Shown piece after piece: positions 1-9,510 of a stretch of DNA of 64,000 nucleotides. Location of the stretch: positions 1,059,219 through 1,123,218 of the forward strand of contig CBDEUQ010000003.1 of assembly GCA_965243325.1 (NCBI GenBank). The letters run 5' to 3'. The translations under genes were made by a program, and so were the position numbers. The stretch comes from Alphaproteobacteria bacterium. GTDB taxonomy: Bacteria > Pseudomonadota > Alphaproteobacteria > UBA7887. A model generated the notes under the pieces. It searched no databases, was not told where the DNA came from, and saw nothing but the letters and a program-made list of their open reading frames with translations. Numbering within the stretch: position 1 is the first letter of the stretch; each line of letters begins with the position of its first letter.

Positions 1-545
1 GTTCCTCAACCGGCTGTACCACCGCGGGCTCACCGGCGAAGGCCTTGAGATGATCTGCGTCGATGGCGGCAAGGGCCTGCTGGCTGCCTTGCCGTTCGTC
101 TATCCCGGCATCCCGGTTCAGAGGTGCTGGGCGCACAAGATGCGCAACATCCTCAACAAGGTCCGCAAGGCCGACCAGGAGGCCGTCAAGGCCGATGTCC
201 ACGCCGTCATGAATGCAAAGAGCCGCCGCAAGGCCCAGAGCGCCGCCCGACGCTTCGCCGACCGCTGGCAAAGCACCTACCCCAAGGCCGTCGCCTGCCT
301 GCGCAGCGATCTCGACGAGCTGCTCACCTGCTTCCGCTACCGGACCCTCGATGAGCGAAAGCGGGTCAGGACCACCAACGCCATCGAACGAAGGTTCCGG
401 GAGGTCCGCAGACGAACCCGGCCCATGGGAACCTTCCAGGACCGGACCTCAATGGACCGCGTCCTCTACGCGGTATTCATCCACGAAAACAAGTCTCAGG
501 GAATCAGCACCCCCGTCTCCCTGACACATAACTCTTGACGTTACC
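1..545 (+). mobile_element. IS256-family element, copy A (3' part; runs off window start)
   Basis: Sequence matches copy B; transposase ORF ends at 538; right IR CCTGACACATAACTCTTGACGTTACC ends at 545. Confidence 0.95.
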
Positions 546-560
546 CGAGCGGCCTCCGGT

Positions 561-590
561 TTGACGCCGGCGGGCAAAGTTTCCTAGACT
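561..590 (+). promoter_or_regulatory. Putative sigma70 promoter of the LysR gene
   Basis: TTGACG-18 bp-TAGACT, 75 bp upstream of ATG 666. Confidence 0.45.
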
Positions 591-665
591 GTCGGCGCCT
601 ACCCCCTGCCGCGAAGCCGCCGACCGCTATCGCCCAGCACCGCGGTCGGCCCGTCATATCCCGCC

Positions 666-1637
666 ATGAAGGTAAGGAGCACTTTCGTGACGTCGGACGA
701 ACACGGCCAGTCCCGGGACCGCTTGCGGCAGCTTCGGGCGTTCTGTCACGCGGCGCAACTGCAGAGCATGTCCAAGGCCGCCGACCGGCTGTCCCTGAGT
801 CAGCCCGCCGTGTCGCGGCAGATCCGGGCGCTGGAGGAGGAGTTCTCGACCGTGCTGTTCGAGCGGCACGGTCCGCGCATCGCGCTGACGCCGGCGGGCA
901 GAAGCCTGCAGCGCATAGCACTGCCGCTGGTGCGGAGCATGGACGGCCTGCCCGTCGCCTTCACCGACGAGGTGAACGACACCGTTTCGGGCAACGTCCA
1001 TATCGCGGCGGGGATGACCGGCTCCCTCTTCATCCTTCCCGACCATGTCCGGCGGTTCCGGTCGCTGTATCCCGACGTGGAGATTCGGGTGACGACGATC
1101 GGCGCCAAGCGGACGCTGAAGCTGGTGCGCGGCCACGAAGCCGATTTTGCGGTGGTCGCGCTGGACTTCGTCCCCAAGGACCTGGACTTCCGCCCGTTCC
1201 TGTCCTCGAACCACGTGCTCATCGTGCCGTTCGGCCATCCGCTGGAGGGGCGCGAGCGGGTCATGGCGGAGGAGATCGCGGCGCATCCGGCGATTCTGCC
1301 GTCCGGCGGCTACGGCAGGACGATGGCGGAGGTCATCGCCCGCTATCTCGACGTCGAATGGACGGTCGCGGTGGAAACCGCGGGATGGAACACGATCAAG
1401 CGCTACGTCGAGGCCGGCCTCGGTCTCGCCGTGGTGCCGGATCTCTGTCTCACCGAGAGCGACCGCGTGAGCGTGGTCGGGTTCGACGACCGGATTTCCC
1501 ACTTCATCCGGCCCCGGATCTACGGCGTCGTCCTGCGCCGCAGCGCGTTTCTGCCGCGGGCGGCGCGGCGGTTCGTGCAGATGATGGACCCCGGGTTCGC
1601 CGACCGGCACGCGGCCGAAACGGCGGAAACGGAGTAG
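666..1637 (+). CDS. LysR-family transcriptional regulator
   Basis: N-terminal HTH RLRQLRAF..SMSKAADRLSLSQPAVSRQIRALEEE..LFER..LTPAG plus substrate-binding domain. Confidence 0.95.
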   Translation: MKVRSTFVTSDEHGQSRDRLRQLRAFCHAAQLQSMSKAADRLSLSQPAVSRQIRALEEEFSTVLFERHGPRIALTPAGRSLQRIALPLVRSMDGLPVAFTDEVNDTVSGNVHIAAGMTGSLFILPDHVRRFRSLYPDVEIRVTTIGAKRTLKLVRGHEADFAVVALDFVPKDLDFRPFLSSNHVLIVPFGHPLEGRERVMAEEIAAHPAILPSGGYGRTMAEVIARYLDVEWTVAVETAGWNTIKRYVEAGLGLAVVPDLCLTESDRVSVVGFDDRISHFIRPRIYGVVLRRSAFLPRAARRFVQMMDPGFADRHAAETAETE

Positions 1638-1664
1638 CGCGCGGGCGCGTTCGCGGGCCGCCTT

Positions 1665-2114
1665 TCAGACCCCCGGGGCGAGCACGCGCGGGAGAAGGAC
1701 GGCGACGGCGGGCGGCGCGATCGCGACGGCGAAGGGCAGGTTCGAGCGCATGCGACGCGCCGCCGCGAAAGGCAGGACGGCGACCAGGCAGAGGACGGCC
1801 GCGGCGAGCGCCATCCCGAACAAAAAGACACCGAGGTCGCGAGGCCCGATCCACAGACCGGCGGCGGCGAGCAGCTTGCCGTCCCCCGCACCGAAACCGC
1901 CGGTGAGGAACAGAGCGAACCCGGCGGCGAGCAGCGCCCCGCCGACGGCGACATGGGTCCACGGCGCGGCCGGACCGGCGCCGGCGAACGCCTGGACGGC
2001 GAACAGCGCCGCGGCGGCGAGGGGGACGGCGTTGGGGATGCGGCGGCGGCGGACATCCCACGCGGCGGCGGCGGCGAACAGCAGGCAGACGATCGCGACG
2101 AGCGGTTCCGACAT
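1665..2114 (-). CDS. A24-family prepilin peptidase (CpaA/TadV-like)
   Basis: WDVRRRRIPN and GAGDGKL aspartate motifs, LPFAVAI C-terminus, hydrophobic 149 aa. Confidence 0.85.
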   Translation of the reverse strand: MSEPLVAIVCLLFAAAAAWDVRRRRIPNAVPLAAAALFAVQAFAGAGPAAPWTHVAVGGALLAAGFALFLTGGFGAGDGKLLAAAGLWIGPRDLGVFLFGMALAAAVLCLVAVLPFAAARRMRSNLPFAVAIAPPAVAVLLPRVLAPGV

Positions 2115-2965
2115 GCGGCGGCACTGTCCCGGATTCGCGCCGGCGCGTCGAGGGGAGCGGCGCCGGCGCGACGCGACCGGCGGCCACGCGCCGTGCCGGC
2201 GGCAATTTCGCCCGATCCTCCGCAAGCGCCCGGGCGCATACGGATACCCGATCGTCCGCGCCACGGCAGGGCGCATTCCGGGCATCGCGCCGCGCGTGCC
2301 GATCCCGACGACCACCTGCCGTTGGACATGGTGGACTCGGCGATGGCGCGCTGCGCTCGGCCGCTGCAAATGACGTCGGCACCGATACGGCATCGCCCGC
2401 ACGCCCTCGTCGGATCGGACATCCACAGCCCAAGGGACCACGAACTCAAGAACCGGCCGGGCCGGGAGCCGTGGAAGGCGAACGAGGCGGTTCGGCTCCG
2501 CCACAAGATGCGGTGGGTATGGCCGCCGTTGACGGGGCGGGCGCGAAACGTCCGGGTCATGTACGAAGCGTGAGCCATGCGGGCCGCCGCGTCTCCCGGC
2601 GCTCCGCCGCGGCCGTTCAGACGACCTTGCGGCCCGGTTCCGGTGCCGGCGCGGCAGGCGCAACAGGGCCGCGAGAAGGTCGCGATCCGCAAGCTCGCCA
2701 CCGCCTGAGGGGTTTGCGGTTTGCCGGGAGCGCGGGTCGCGGCCGCTCTCCGGGCTCGGCCTGCGGTCAGCCCGAACAGGGGATCGGTGCGCGGCGCCGG
2801 CCTCGCGTTGCGGTTGTCATCAGATCTGGAAAGCCGCCCGCGCAAGAAGATCGTCGGCGGTGCGCGCATGGCCGGGCCATCCGGTTATTTTCGTTGCCGG
2901 CGTTTTTCGACAATAGTGACACGCCGTATTCGCGTTTCGTAAACAAGCGATGCGCTACGGCGCTC

Positions 2966-3028
2966 TTATTCCAATTTACGACGTAAATTGGAATAACGGT
3001 TTGGCTTATTGCGTTTCGTCCAATAAGC
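2966..3028. promoter_or_regulatory. Two palindromic operator-like sites upstream of fic
   Basis: Perfect 15-bp IR TTATTCCAATTTACG-A-CGTAAATTGGAATAA (2966-2996) and GCTTATTG-N9-CAATAAGC (3004-3028). Confidence 0.6.
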
Positions 3029-3037
3029 TCCGCCGCC

Positions 3038-4198
3038 ATGAAACGCGGCGAGACCGGCCGATACGATACAACATTCGTCGGCCGCGAGGCTGTGCGTGCG
3101 TTCGTGCCTGCGCCCCTGCCGCCCGCCCCCGCGCTGGACCTCGCGGCGCTGCAAGGCCCGCTGGAGGAAGCGTTGCTGGCGCTGGGCCGCCTCGACAGCG
3201 TCACGGCGCTGCTCCCGGACGCGCGCCTGTTTCTCTACAGCTACATCCGCAAGGAAGCCGTTCTGTCGTCGCAGATCGAAGGCACGCAGTCTTCGTTGTC
3301 CGATTTTCTGCTGTTCGAACACGATGCGTTGCCCGGCGTGCCGCTCGACGACGTCGTCGAAGTCTCGAATTACGTCGCCGCGCTCGAGCACGGGCTGCGC
3401 CGCCTGCGCGAGGGGCTGCCGCTCAGCAACCGCCTCATCCGCGAGGCCCACGCCGAGCTGCTGCGGCGCGGGCGGGGCCGGGACAAGACGCCGGGCGAGT
3501 TTCGGCGGTCGCAGAACTGGATCGGCGGCCGCCGGCCCGGGACGGCGTGTTTCGTGCCGCCGCCCGCCGACGCGGTTGCCGATTGCATGTCGGACCTCGA
3601 ACGTTTTCTCCATGCGCGGGATGCGGGGCTGCCGGCGCTCTTGCGGGCCGGCCTCGCCCACGTGCAGTTCGAGACCGTTCACCCGTTTCTCGACGGCAAC
3701 GGCCGCGTGGGGCGCATGCTGATCGCGCTCCAGTTGTGCCACGACGGTGTGTTGCGCGAGCCGCTGCTGTATCTGAGCCTCTACTTCAAGCAGCGTCGCG
3801 ACGACTACTACGCGCTTCTGCACGACGTGCGAGAGAACGGCGACTGGGAAGCGTGGCTCGCCTTCTTTCTCGACGGCGTGACGCAAACCGCGGAAGGTGC
3901 GGTGTCGACGGCGCAAGGGTTGCTGTCGCTGTTCCGGGACGACGAGGCGCGCGTCCGGCGGACCGGCCGCGGCGCGGGGTCGGCGCTGCGCGTTCACCGC
4001 GTCTTGCGGGAACGCCCGGTCGCGCCGCTCCAGAACATCGCGGACCGCGCGGGGCTGTCTTTCAAGACCGCCGCCGCCGGGATGAACGCGCTCGAACGGC
4101 TGGGCGTAGCGCGCGAGCTGACCGGCCGGAAGCGCAACCGCCTGTTCGGCTACGACCGCTATCTCGCCACCCTCGGAGAGGGAACCGAGCCGCTGTGA
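3038..4198 (+). CDS. Fic-family protein with C-terminal HTH
   Basis: Canonical HPFLDGNGRVGR motif; N-terminal EAVLSSQIEGTQ segment; HTH-like C-terminus. Confidence 0.95.
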   Translation: MKRGETGRYDTTFVGREAVRAFVPAPLPPAPALDLAALQGPLEEALLALGRLDSVTALLPDARLFLYSYIRKEAVLSSQIEGTQSSLSDFLLFEHDALPGVPLDDVVEVSNYVAALEHGLRRLREGLPLSNRLIREAHAELLRRGRGRDKTPGEFRRSQNWIGGRRPGTACFVPPPADAVADCMSDLERFLHARDAGLPALLRAGLAHVQFETVHPFLDGNGRVGRMLIALQLCHDGVLREPLLYLSLYFKQRRDDYYALLHDVRENGDWEAWLAFFLDGVTQTAEGAVSTAQGLLSLFRDDEARVRRTGRGAGSALRVHRVLRERPVAPLQNIADRAGLSFKTAAAGMNALERLGVARELTGRKRNRLFGYDRYLATLGEGTEPL

Positions 4199-4324
4199 GC
4201 GCGGCGGAAGCCGCGCACGAGACTTCATTCCATGCCTGACCGCGACTCATGGGGCGATTTTCTCACCGGCGGCAAACGGCGTTTCGCCGCCGCCTTCCGG
4301 AGTGCGAGGCGCGGATTCCGGACG

Positions 4325-4639
4325 ACGGTCGGCCGGCACCCGCCGCGCCGACGCCCGCCCCAGCCGGCGGTCGTACGGACCCTCGGCCCCTCCGCCCCTC
4401 CGCCTCGTAGCGATCGCGCCAACGCCGAAACGTGCGCTCCGAGACCCCGAGTATCTCCGCCGCCTCCGACCGACCCAGCGCCCCGCGCCGCGTACGACCG
4501 TAAATCTCCTCGAACTTCATCAGCCTAAGCCCCTGTACCCGCTCCGTCCGACGCATCGCCTCCCTCCACACCGTGGAGGCGATCTAAAACCGGACAGATT
4601 ATCTGGTACATGGACCGGACATACCGTGTGTTACCGACA
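4325..4639 (-). pseudogene. Transposase N-terminal HTH remnant (ISNCY/IS481-like), frameshifted and truncated
   Basis: MRRTERVQGLRLMKFEE..AAEILGVSERTFRRWRDRYE from 4556; short GCGGAGG duplication shifts frame before YDRRLGRASARRVP; TGTCGGTAAC end at 4639. Confidence 0.7.
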
Positions 4640-4649
4640 CCGCCGCGAC

Positions 4650-5929
4650 GGTGACGTAAGAATTTATGTGTCAGGTGGGAAGGGGGTACTCCCTGTGGTG
4701 ACGACAACCACAAACAGGAGCACCCCGCATGTCCCAGCAAGCTGCGACGATCATGAGCCTACCCCAGGCCTTTGAGGTGGTGAAGGAGATGCAGGCAGGC
4801 GGACTGGACTGGGGCGAGGGCTACCGCCCGCTCGGCCGCCAGGCGCTGGCCGAGATCATCGAGGGCCGGATGGCCGAGGCGGTGGATCGCTGGCTCGACA
4901 ACCTCGACGCCGGCGCGATGCGCGACCGGCGCAACGGGACCTACCGCCGCTGCCTGCTGAGCGAGCTCGGCGACATCGAGCTCAACGTGCCGCGCACCCG
5001 GCACTTCTGCCCGACCGGGGTTGTGAAGAGCTACGCAAGGCGCGCGCCGGAGATCGACCGTGCCATCCTGGCCGGCTTCGTGCTGGGGCTTTCGACGCGC
5101 AAGGTGGGCGAGGTCCTGCTGGCCCTGCTCGGGCGCCCGGTCTCGGCCGCGACGGTGAGCCGGGTCTCCAAGACGCTCGACATGGCGGTCGAGGCCTTCC
5201 ACCGCAGGCCGCTGAAGAACGCCTACAAGGCGCTGATGCTCGACGGCGTGGTGCTGGCCCGCAAGACCGGCGCCGGCGCGCTCAGGAGGCCGGTCCTGGT
5301 GGCGCTCGGCATCCGCCCCGACGGCAAGAAGGAGATCATCGACTTCCATCTCGCCGTCAGCGAAGGCGCCCGCGAGTGGGAAGTGTTCCTCAACCGGCTG
5401 TACCACCGCGGGCTCACCGGCGAAGGCCTTGAGATGATCTGCGTCGATGGCGGCAAGGGCCTGCTGGCTGCCTTGCCGTTCGTCTATCCCGGCATCCCGG
5501 TTCAGAGGTGCTGGGCGCACAAGATGCGCAACATCCTCAACAAGGTCCGCAAGGCCGACCAGGAGGCCGTCAAGGCCGATGTCCACGCCGTCATGAATGC
5601 AAAGAGCCGCCGCAAGGCCCAGAGCGCCGCCCGACGCTTCGCCGACCGCTGGCAAAGCACCTACCCCAAGGCCGTCGCCTGCCTGCGCAGCGATCTCGAC
5701 GAGCTGCTCACCTGCTTCCGCTACCGGACCCTCGATGAGCGAAAGCGGGTCAGGACCACCAACGCCATCGAACGAAGGTTCCGGGAGGTCCGCAGACGAA
5801 CCCGGCCCATGGGAACCTTCCAGGACCGGACCTCAATGGACCGCGTCCTCTACGCGGTATTCATCCACGAAAACAAGTCTCAGGGAATCAGCACCCCCGT
5901 CTCCCTGACACATAACTCTTGACGTTACC
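4650..5929 (+). mobile_element. IS256-family element, copy B (1280 bp)
   Basis: 26-bp imperfect terminal IRs; 9-bp target duplication CGCCGCGAC at 4641-4649 and 5930-5938. Confidence 0.97.
4729..5922 (+). CDS. IS256 (Mutator-family) DDE transposase
   Basis: 397 aa; LMLDGV, CVDGGKGL, QRCWAHKMRN, RTTNAIERRFREVRRR motifs. Confidence 0.97.
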   Translation: MSQQAATIMSLPQAFEVVKEMQAGGLDWGEGYRPLGRQALAEIIEGRMAEAVDRWLDNLDAGAMRDRRNGTYRRCLLSELGDIELNVPRTRHFCPTGVVKSYARRAPEIDRAILAGFVLGLSTRKVGEVLLALLGRPVSAATVSRVSKTLDMAVEAFHRRPLKNAYKALMLDGVVLARKTGAGALRRPVLVALGIRPDGKKEIIDFHLAVSEGAREWEVFLNRLYHRGLTGEGLEMICVDGGKGLLAALPFVYPGIPVQRCWAHKMRNILNKVRKADQEAVKADVHAVMNAKSRRKAQSAARRFADRWQSTYPKAVACLRSDLDELLTCFRYRTLDERKRVRTTNAIERRFREVRRRTRPMGTFQDRTSMDRVLYAVFIHENKSQGISTPVSLTHNS

Positions 5930-5945
5930 CGCCGCGACCGTCGGC

Positions 5946-5974
5946 TTGCCACGCTTCCGCCGCCGCTGTATCGT
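5946..5974 (+). promoter_or_regulatory. Putative sigma70 promoter of the DUF1302 operon
   Basis: TTGCCA-17 bp-TATCGT, 35 bp upstream of ATG 6010, just outside IS256 copy B. Confidence 0.45.
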
Positions 5975-6009
5975 TTTTTCGTCGCACGAACGGTCCGGGG
6001 GAGTCGTCC

Positions 6010-8121
6010 ATGTCTGCCATGCCGCGCCGTGGCTGCACGCCGCCGCGTTCCAGCCTGACGGTGGCCGCGTTCCTGGTCTGCGCCGCCGGCGCGGCGCCGG
6101 CGGCCGAGTTCGGGAGCGGCGAGTCGTCGGTCCGCATCGACACCACGATCTCGCACGGCCTCATGTTCCGCGTCGCCGATCGCGACGACAGCCTGACGAG
6201 CGTCAATTCCGACGACGGCGCGCGCAACTACAGCCGCGGCCTGGTCAGCAACACCTCGCGCCTCGTCAGCGAGATCGACATCGACCGCGGCGCCTTCGGC
6301 GCCTTCGCCCGGGTCCAGGGCTTCTACGATCTGGAGAACCGGAGCGGCACGCGGGAATACAGGCCGCTGTCGGACGAGGCCCTGGCGCGCGCCGGCAGCG
6401 ACGCCGAGATCCTCGACGCCTACGTTACCGGCACCTTCGACTCGGGGGCCATGGCGATCGACGCGCGCATCGGCAACCAGGTGCTCAACTGGGGCGAGAG
6501 CACGTTCATCCAGAACGGCATCAACGTCATCAACCCGTTCGACGTGGCGCGGCTGCGCAAGCCCGGCGCCGAGCTGCGCGACGGCCTGCTGCCGGTTCCC
6601 CTCGCGGCGGTGTCGGTGGCGGCCACCGACACGCTGACCGCGGAAGCCTTCTACCAGTTCCGCTGGGCCGAGACGCGGATCGACCCGGTGGGCACATACT
6701 TCGCCACCAACGACTACGCCGCGCCGGGCGGGACGCGGGCGTTCCTGTCCGAGATTCCCGGCGTCACCGACCGGGGCGGCAGCATCAACGACGCCATCCC
6801 CGGCATCAGCACCGCCGTCAACGCCGATCTCGCCGCCGTCGGCGCGGACTGCCGACCGGTCTCCGCCGGGCCGCCGCCGGAGTTCGCCGGCGCCGCCTGC
6901 CAGCCGGCGTTCGACGAAGGCTGGCTCGGCGTGTCGCGCGACCCCGACCGCGAGCCGGGCAACGCCGGGCAATGGGGCGTCGCCCTGCGCTGGTACTCGG
7001 AAGCCCTGAACGACACCGAGTTCGGCTTCTATTTCGTCAACCACCACAGCCGCGTGCCGCTGGTCAGCGCGCGGTTCGGCACGCCGGCGGGATTCCAGAG
7101 CGGCCTCGCCGTGGCCGGCGCCGTGTCGAGGCCGGGGTCCGCCACGGCGGGCGCGATCGCCGGCGCCGTGACGCCGGCGGTGACCGCGGCGGTGACCGAC
7201 GCGGTGACGCAGCAGGTGACCCAGGCGGTGACGGCGCAGGTTCCGGCCGGCATACCGAACCGCGACGACGTAATCGCGCAGCAGGTCGCGCAGCAGCTCG
7301 CCAGCCCGCAGGTGCAGGAGACGATCGCCACCGAGATCCGCAACGGGGTCGGAGGCCAGGTGGCGGGAGCTCTCGGCGGCATCGTCCCGCTGATGGCGAT
7401 CGACCGCTACGGGCAGACGGCGGGCTATTTCGTCGAATACCCGGAGGATCTCAAGGTCTTCGGCTTCAGCTTCAACACGCTGCTCGGCACGACCGGATGG
7501 GCGTTGCAGGGCGAATACTCGTTCCGCCCCGATTCGCCGCTGCAGCGGACCGAGGCGTCGGTGATCGAGGAGGGGCTGGGGCCGCTGATCGACACCCTGT
7601 CGACCGGCGCCCCGACGCCGGAGGCGCTCGCCAGCCTGGGGACGCGCCTGCAAGGCTACGTCGAGCGCGACGTGAGCCAGCTTCAGGCCACGGCGACCAG
7701 GCTGTTCGGGCCGACGCTCGGCGCCGACAGCGTGGTGTTCGTCGCCGAGGCGGCGCTGGTCCACGTGCACGACATGCCCGACGCCGCGATCCTGCCGCTG
7801 GACACGCCGGGCAACGAGGATGGCGGCGATGTCGCCGACGCCACCTCGTTCGGCTATCGCGCCGCCACCCGGTTCGACTACAACAACGCCCTCGGCGCGG
7901 CGCGGCTGTCGCCCTATGCGCAGTTCCAGCACGACGTGAACGGCAACAGCCCCGGCGCCGGCGGCACGTTCGCCGAAGGCCGCACGGCGCTGACGCTGGG
8001 CCTCCGCTTGAGCTGGCTCGACCGCGTGCGCGCCGACGTGAGCTATACCCGCTACGACGGCGACACGAACTATCTCAGCGACCGCGACTTCGTTTCGCTG
8101 TCCGCCTCCTACTCGTTCTGA
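6010..8121 (+). CDS. DUF1302-family outer-membrane beta-barrel protein
   Basis: Signal peptide; NSDDGARNY, IGNQVLNWGESTF, EYPEDLKVFGFSF, DRDFVSLSASYSF (C-terminal Phe). Confidence 0.9.
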   Translation: MSAMPRRGCTPPRSSLTVAAFLVCAAGAAPAAEFGSGESSVRIDTTISHGLMFRVADRDDSLTSVNSDDGARNYSRGLVSNTSRLVSEIDIDRGAFGAFARVQGFYDLENRSGTREYRPLSDEALARAGSDAEILDAYVTGTFDSGAMAIDARIGNQVLNWGESTFIQNGINVINPFDVARLRKPGAELRDGLLPVPLAAVSVAATDTLTAEAFYQFRWAETRIDPVGTYFATNDYAAPGGTRAFLSEIPGVTDRGGSINDAIPGISTAVNADLAAVGADCRPVSAGPPPEFAGAACQPAFDEGWLGVSRDPDREPGNAGQWGVALRWYSEALNDTEFGFYFVNHHSRVPLVSARFGTPAGFQSGLAVAGAVSRPGSATAGAIAGAVTPAVTAAVTDAVTQQVTQAVTAQVPAGIPNRDDVIAQQVAQQLASPQVQETIATEIRNGVGGQVAGALGGIVPLMAIDRYGQTAGYFVEYPEDLKVFGFSFNTLLGTTGWALQGEYSFRPDSPLQRTEASVIEEGLGPLIDTLSTGAPTPEALASLGTRLQGYVERDVSQLQATATRLFGPTLGADSVVFVAEAALVHVHDMPDAAILPLDTPGNEDGGDVADATSFGYRAATRFDYNNALGAARLSPYAQFQHDVNGNSPGAGGTFAEGRTALTLGLRLSWLDRVRADVSYTRYDGDTNYLSDRDFVSLSASYSF

Positions 8122-8139
8122 GGTCACTCCGAGGTCACG

Positions 8140-9510
8140 ATGAGCGCCAGACCAGCATCCGCGTTTCGATTCGGCGCCGCGCTCGTCGCCGCGTGCGCAT
8201 TCGCCCTCCCGGCCGCGGCCGATCTCACGGCCGATCAGGTCGCCCGCCTCGGCGCCGATCTGACGCCGCTGGGCGGCGAACGGGCGGGCAACGCCGAGGG
8301 CACCATCCCCGAATGGACCGGCGGCATCGTCGCGCCGCCCGGCGGCTACACGCTGGGCGAGCACCACCGCGACCCCTACGCCGGGGACGAGCCGCTGTTC
8401 GTCATCGACGCCGGCAACCTCGACGCGTACCGCGACCGGCTCTCGGTCGGGCATCAGCGCATGCTCGAGACGTATCCGACGTTCCGCCTGCCGGTCTATC
8501 CGACGCGCCGCAGCGCCTCGGCGCCGGAGCGCATCTACGAGGCGACGCGGCAGTTCGCCGCCGCGGCCCGGCTCGAGGACGGCGGCAACGGCGTTGGCGG
8601 CGCGGTCATCGGCATTCCCTTCCCGATCCCCGCCAACGGCCTGGAGGCGGTCTGGAACCACCTGCTGCGCTACCGCGGCGAGACGGTCGAGTGCGTCGTC
8701 GGTCAGGCGGCGGTGACCCGCGGCGGTGCCTACACGATGGTCAAGTTCGGCCTCCAGATCGAGATCCGCTACTCGCTCCCCGGCATGACCGAGGAGGCGC
8801 TCGGCAACACGATGATCCTGTTCAAGCAGCGGGTCCTCGCGCCGGCCCGGCTCGCCGGCGACATCCTGCTCGTCCACGAGACGATGAACCAGGTCCGCGA
8901 GCCGCGCAACGCGTGGACGTACAACCCGGGCCAGCGGCGCGTGCGGCGGGCGCCGAACGTGGCTTACGACAACCCGGGCACGACCACCGACGGGCTGCGC
9001 ACCGCCGACCAGTTCGACATGTTCAACGGCGCCGTCGACCGCTACGACTGGACGCTCGTCGGCAAGCGCGAGCTCTACGTGCCGTACAACTCCTACGCGC
9101 TGCACAGCGACAGCCTCTCCTTCGACGACATTCTCACGCCGCTGCATGTCGACCCGGCGCACACGCGCTACGAGCTGCACCGCGTGTGGGTGGTCGAGGC
9201 GACGCTCAAGGAGGGCGCGCGCCACATCTACAAGCGGCGCACGTTCTACATCGACGAGGACTCGTGGCAGATCCTGCTCGCCGACGTCTACGACAACCGC
9301 GACGAGCTGTGGCGGGTGCAGGAGGGGCACGTCATCAACTACTACGAGAAGCCGCTCATCTGGCCGACGCTCGAGGTGCACACCGACCTCCAGGCGGGGC
9401 GCTACCTGGCGCTCGGCCTCGACAACGAATACCCGATGTGCACCTACGACGTGGCCGTCACGTCGCGCGACTTCACGCCGGCGGCGCTGCGCCGCGAGGG
9501 CCGGCGCTGA
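8140..9510 (+). CDS. DUF1329-family periplasmic protein
   Basis: LTPLGGERAGNAEGTIPEWTGG, YNPGQRRVRRAPNVAYDNP, YELHRVWVVEATLK, FTPAALRREGRR. Confidence 0.93.
   Translation: MSARPASAFRFGAALVAACAFALPAAADLTADQVARLGADLTPLGGERAGNAEGTIPEWTGGIVAPPGGYTLGEHHRDPYAGDEPLFVIDAGNLDAYRDRLSVGHQRMLETYPTFRLPVYPTRRSASAPERIYEATRQFAAAARLEDGGNGVGGAVIGIPFPIPANGLEAVWNHLLRYRGETVECVVGQAAVTRGGAYTMVKFGLQIEIRYSLPGMTEEALGNTMILFKQRVLAPARLAGDILLVHETMNQVREPRNAWTYNPGQRRVRRAPNVAYDNPGTTTDGLRTADQFDMFNGAVDRYDWTLVGKRELYVPYNSYALHSDSLSFDDILTPLHVDPAHTRYELHRVWVVEATLKEGARHIYKRRTFYIDEDSWQILLADVYDNRDELWRVQEGHVINYYEKPLIWPTLEVHTDLQAGRYLALGLDNEYPMCTYDVAVTSRDFTPAALRREGRR

Noticed and set aside
546-4649. Composite transposon formed by IS256 copies A and B
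   Set aside because: Copy B has its own target duplication on both sides, indicating independent insertion; copy A's left flank is outside the window
5919-5947. IS256 outward TTGACG forming a hybrid promoter for the DUF1302 operon
   Set aside because: No -10 at the right spacing; a separate TTGCCA-17-TATCGT promoter lies downstream
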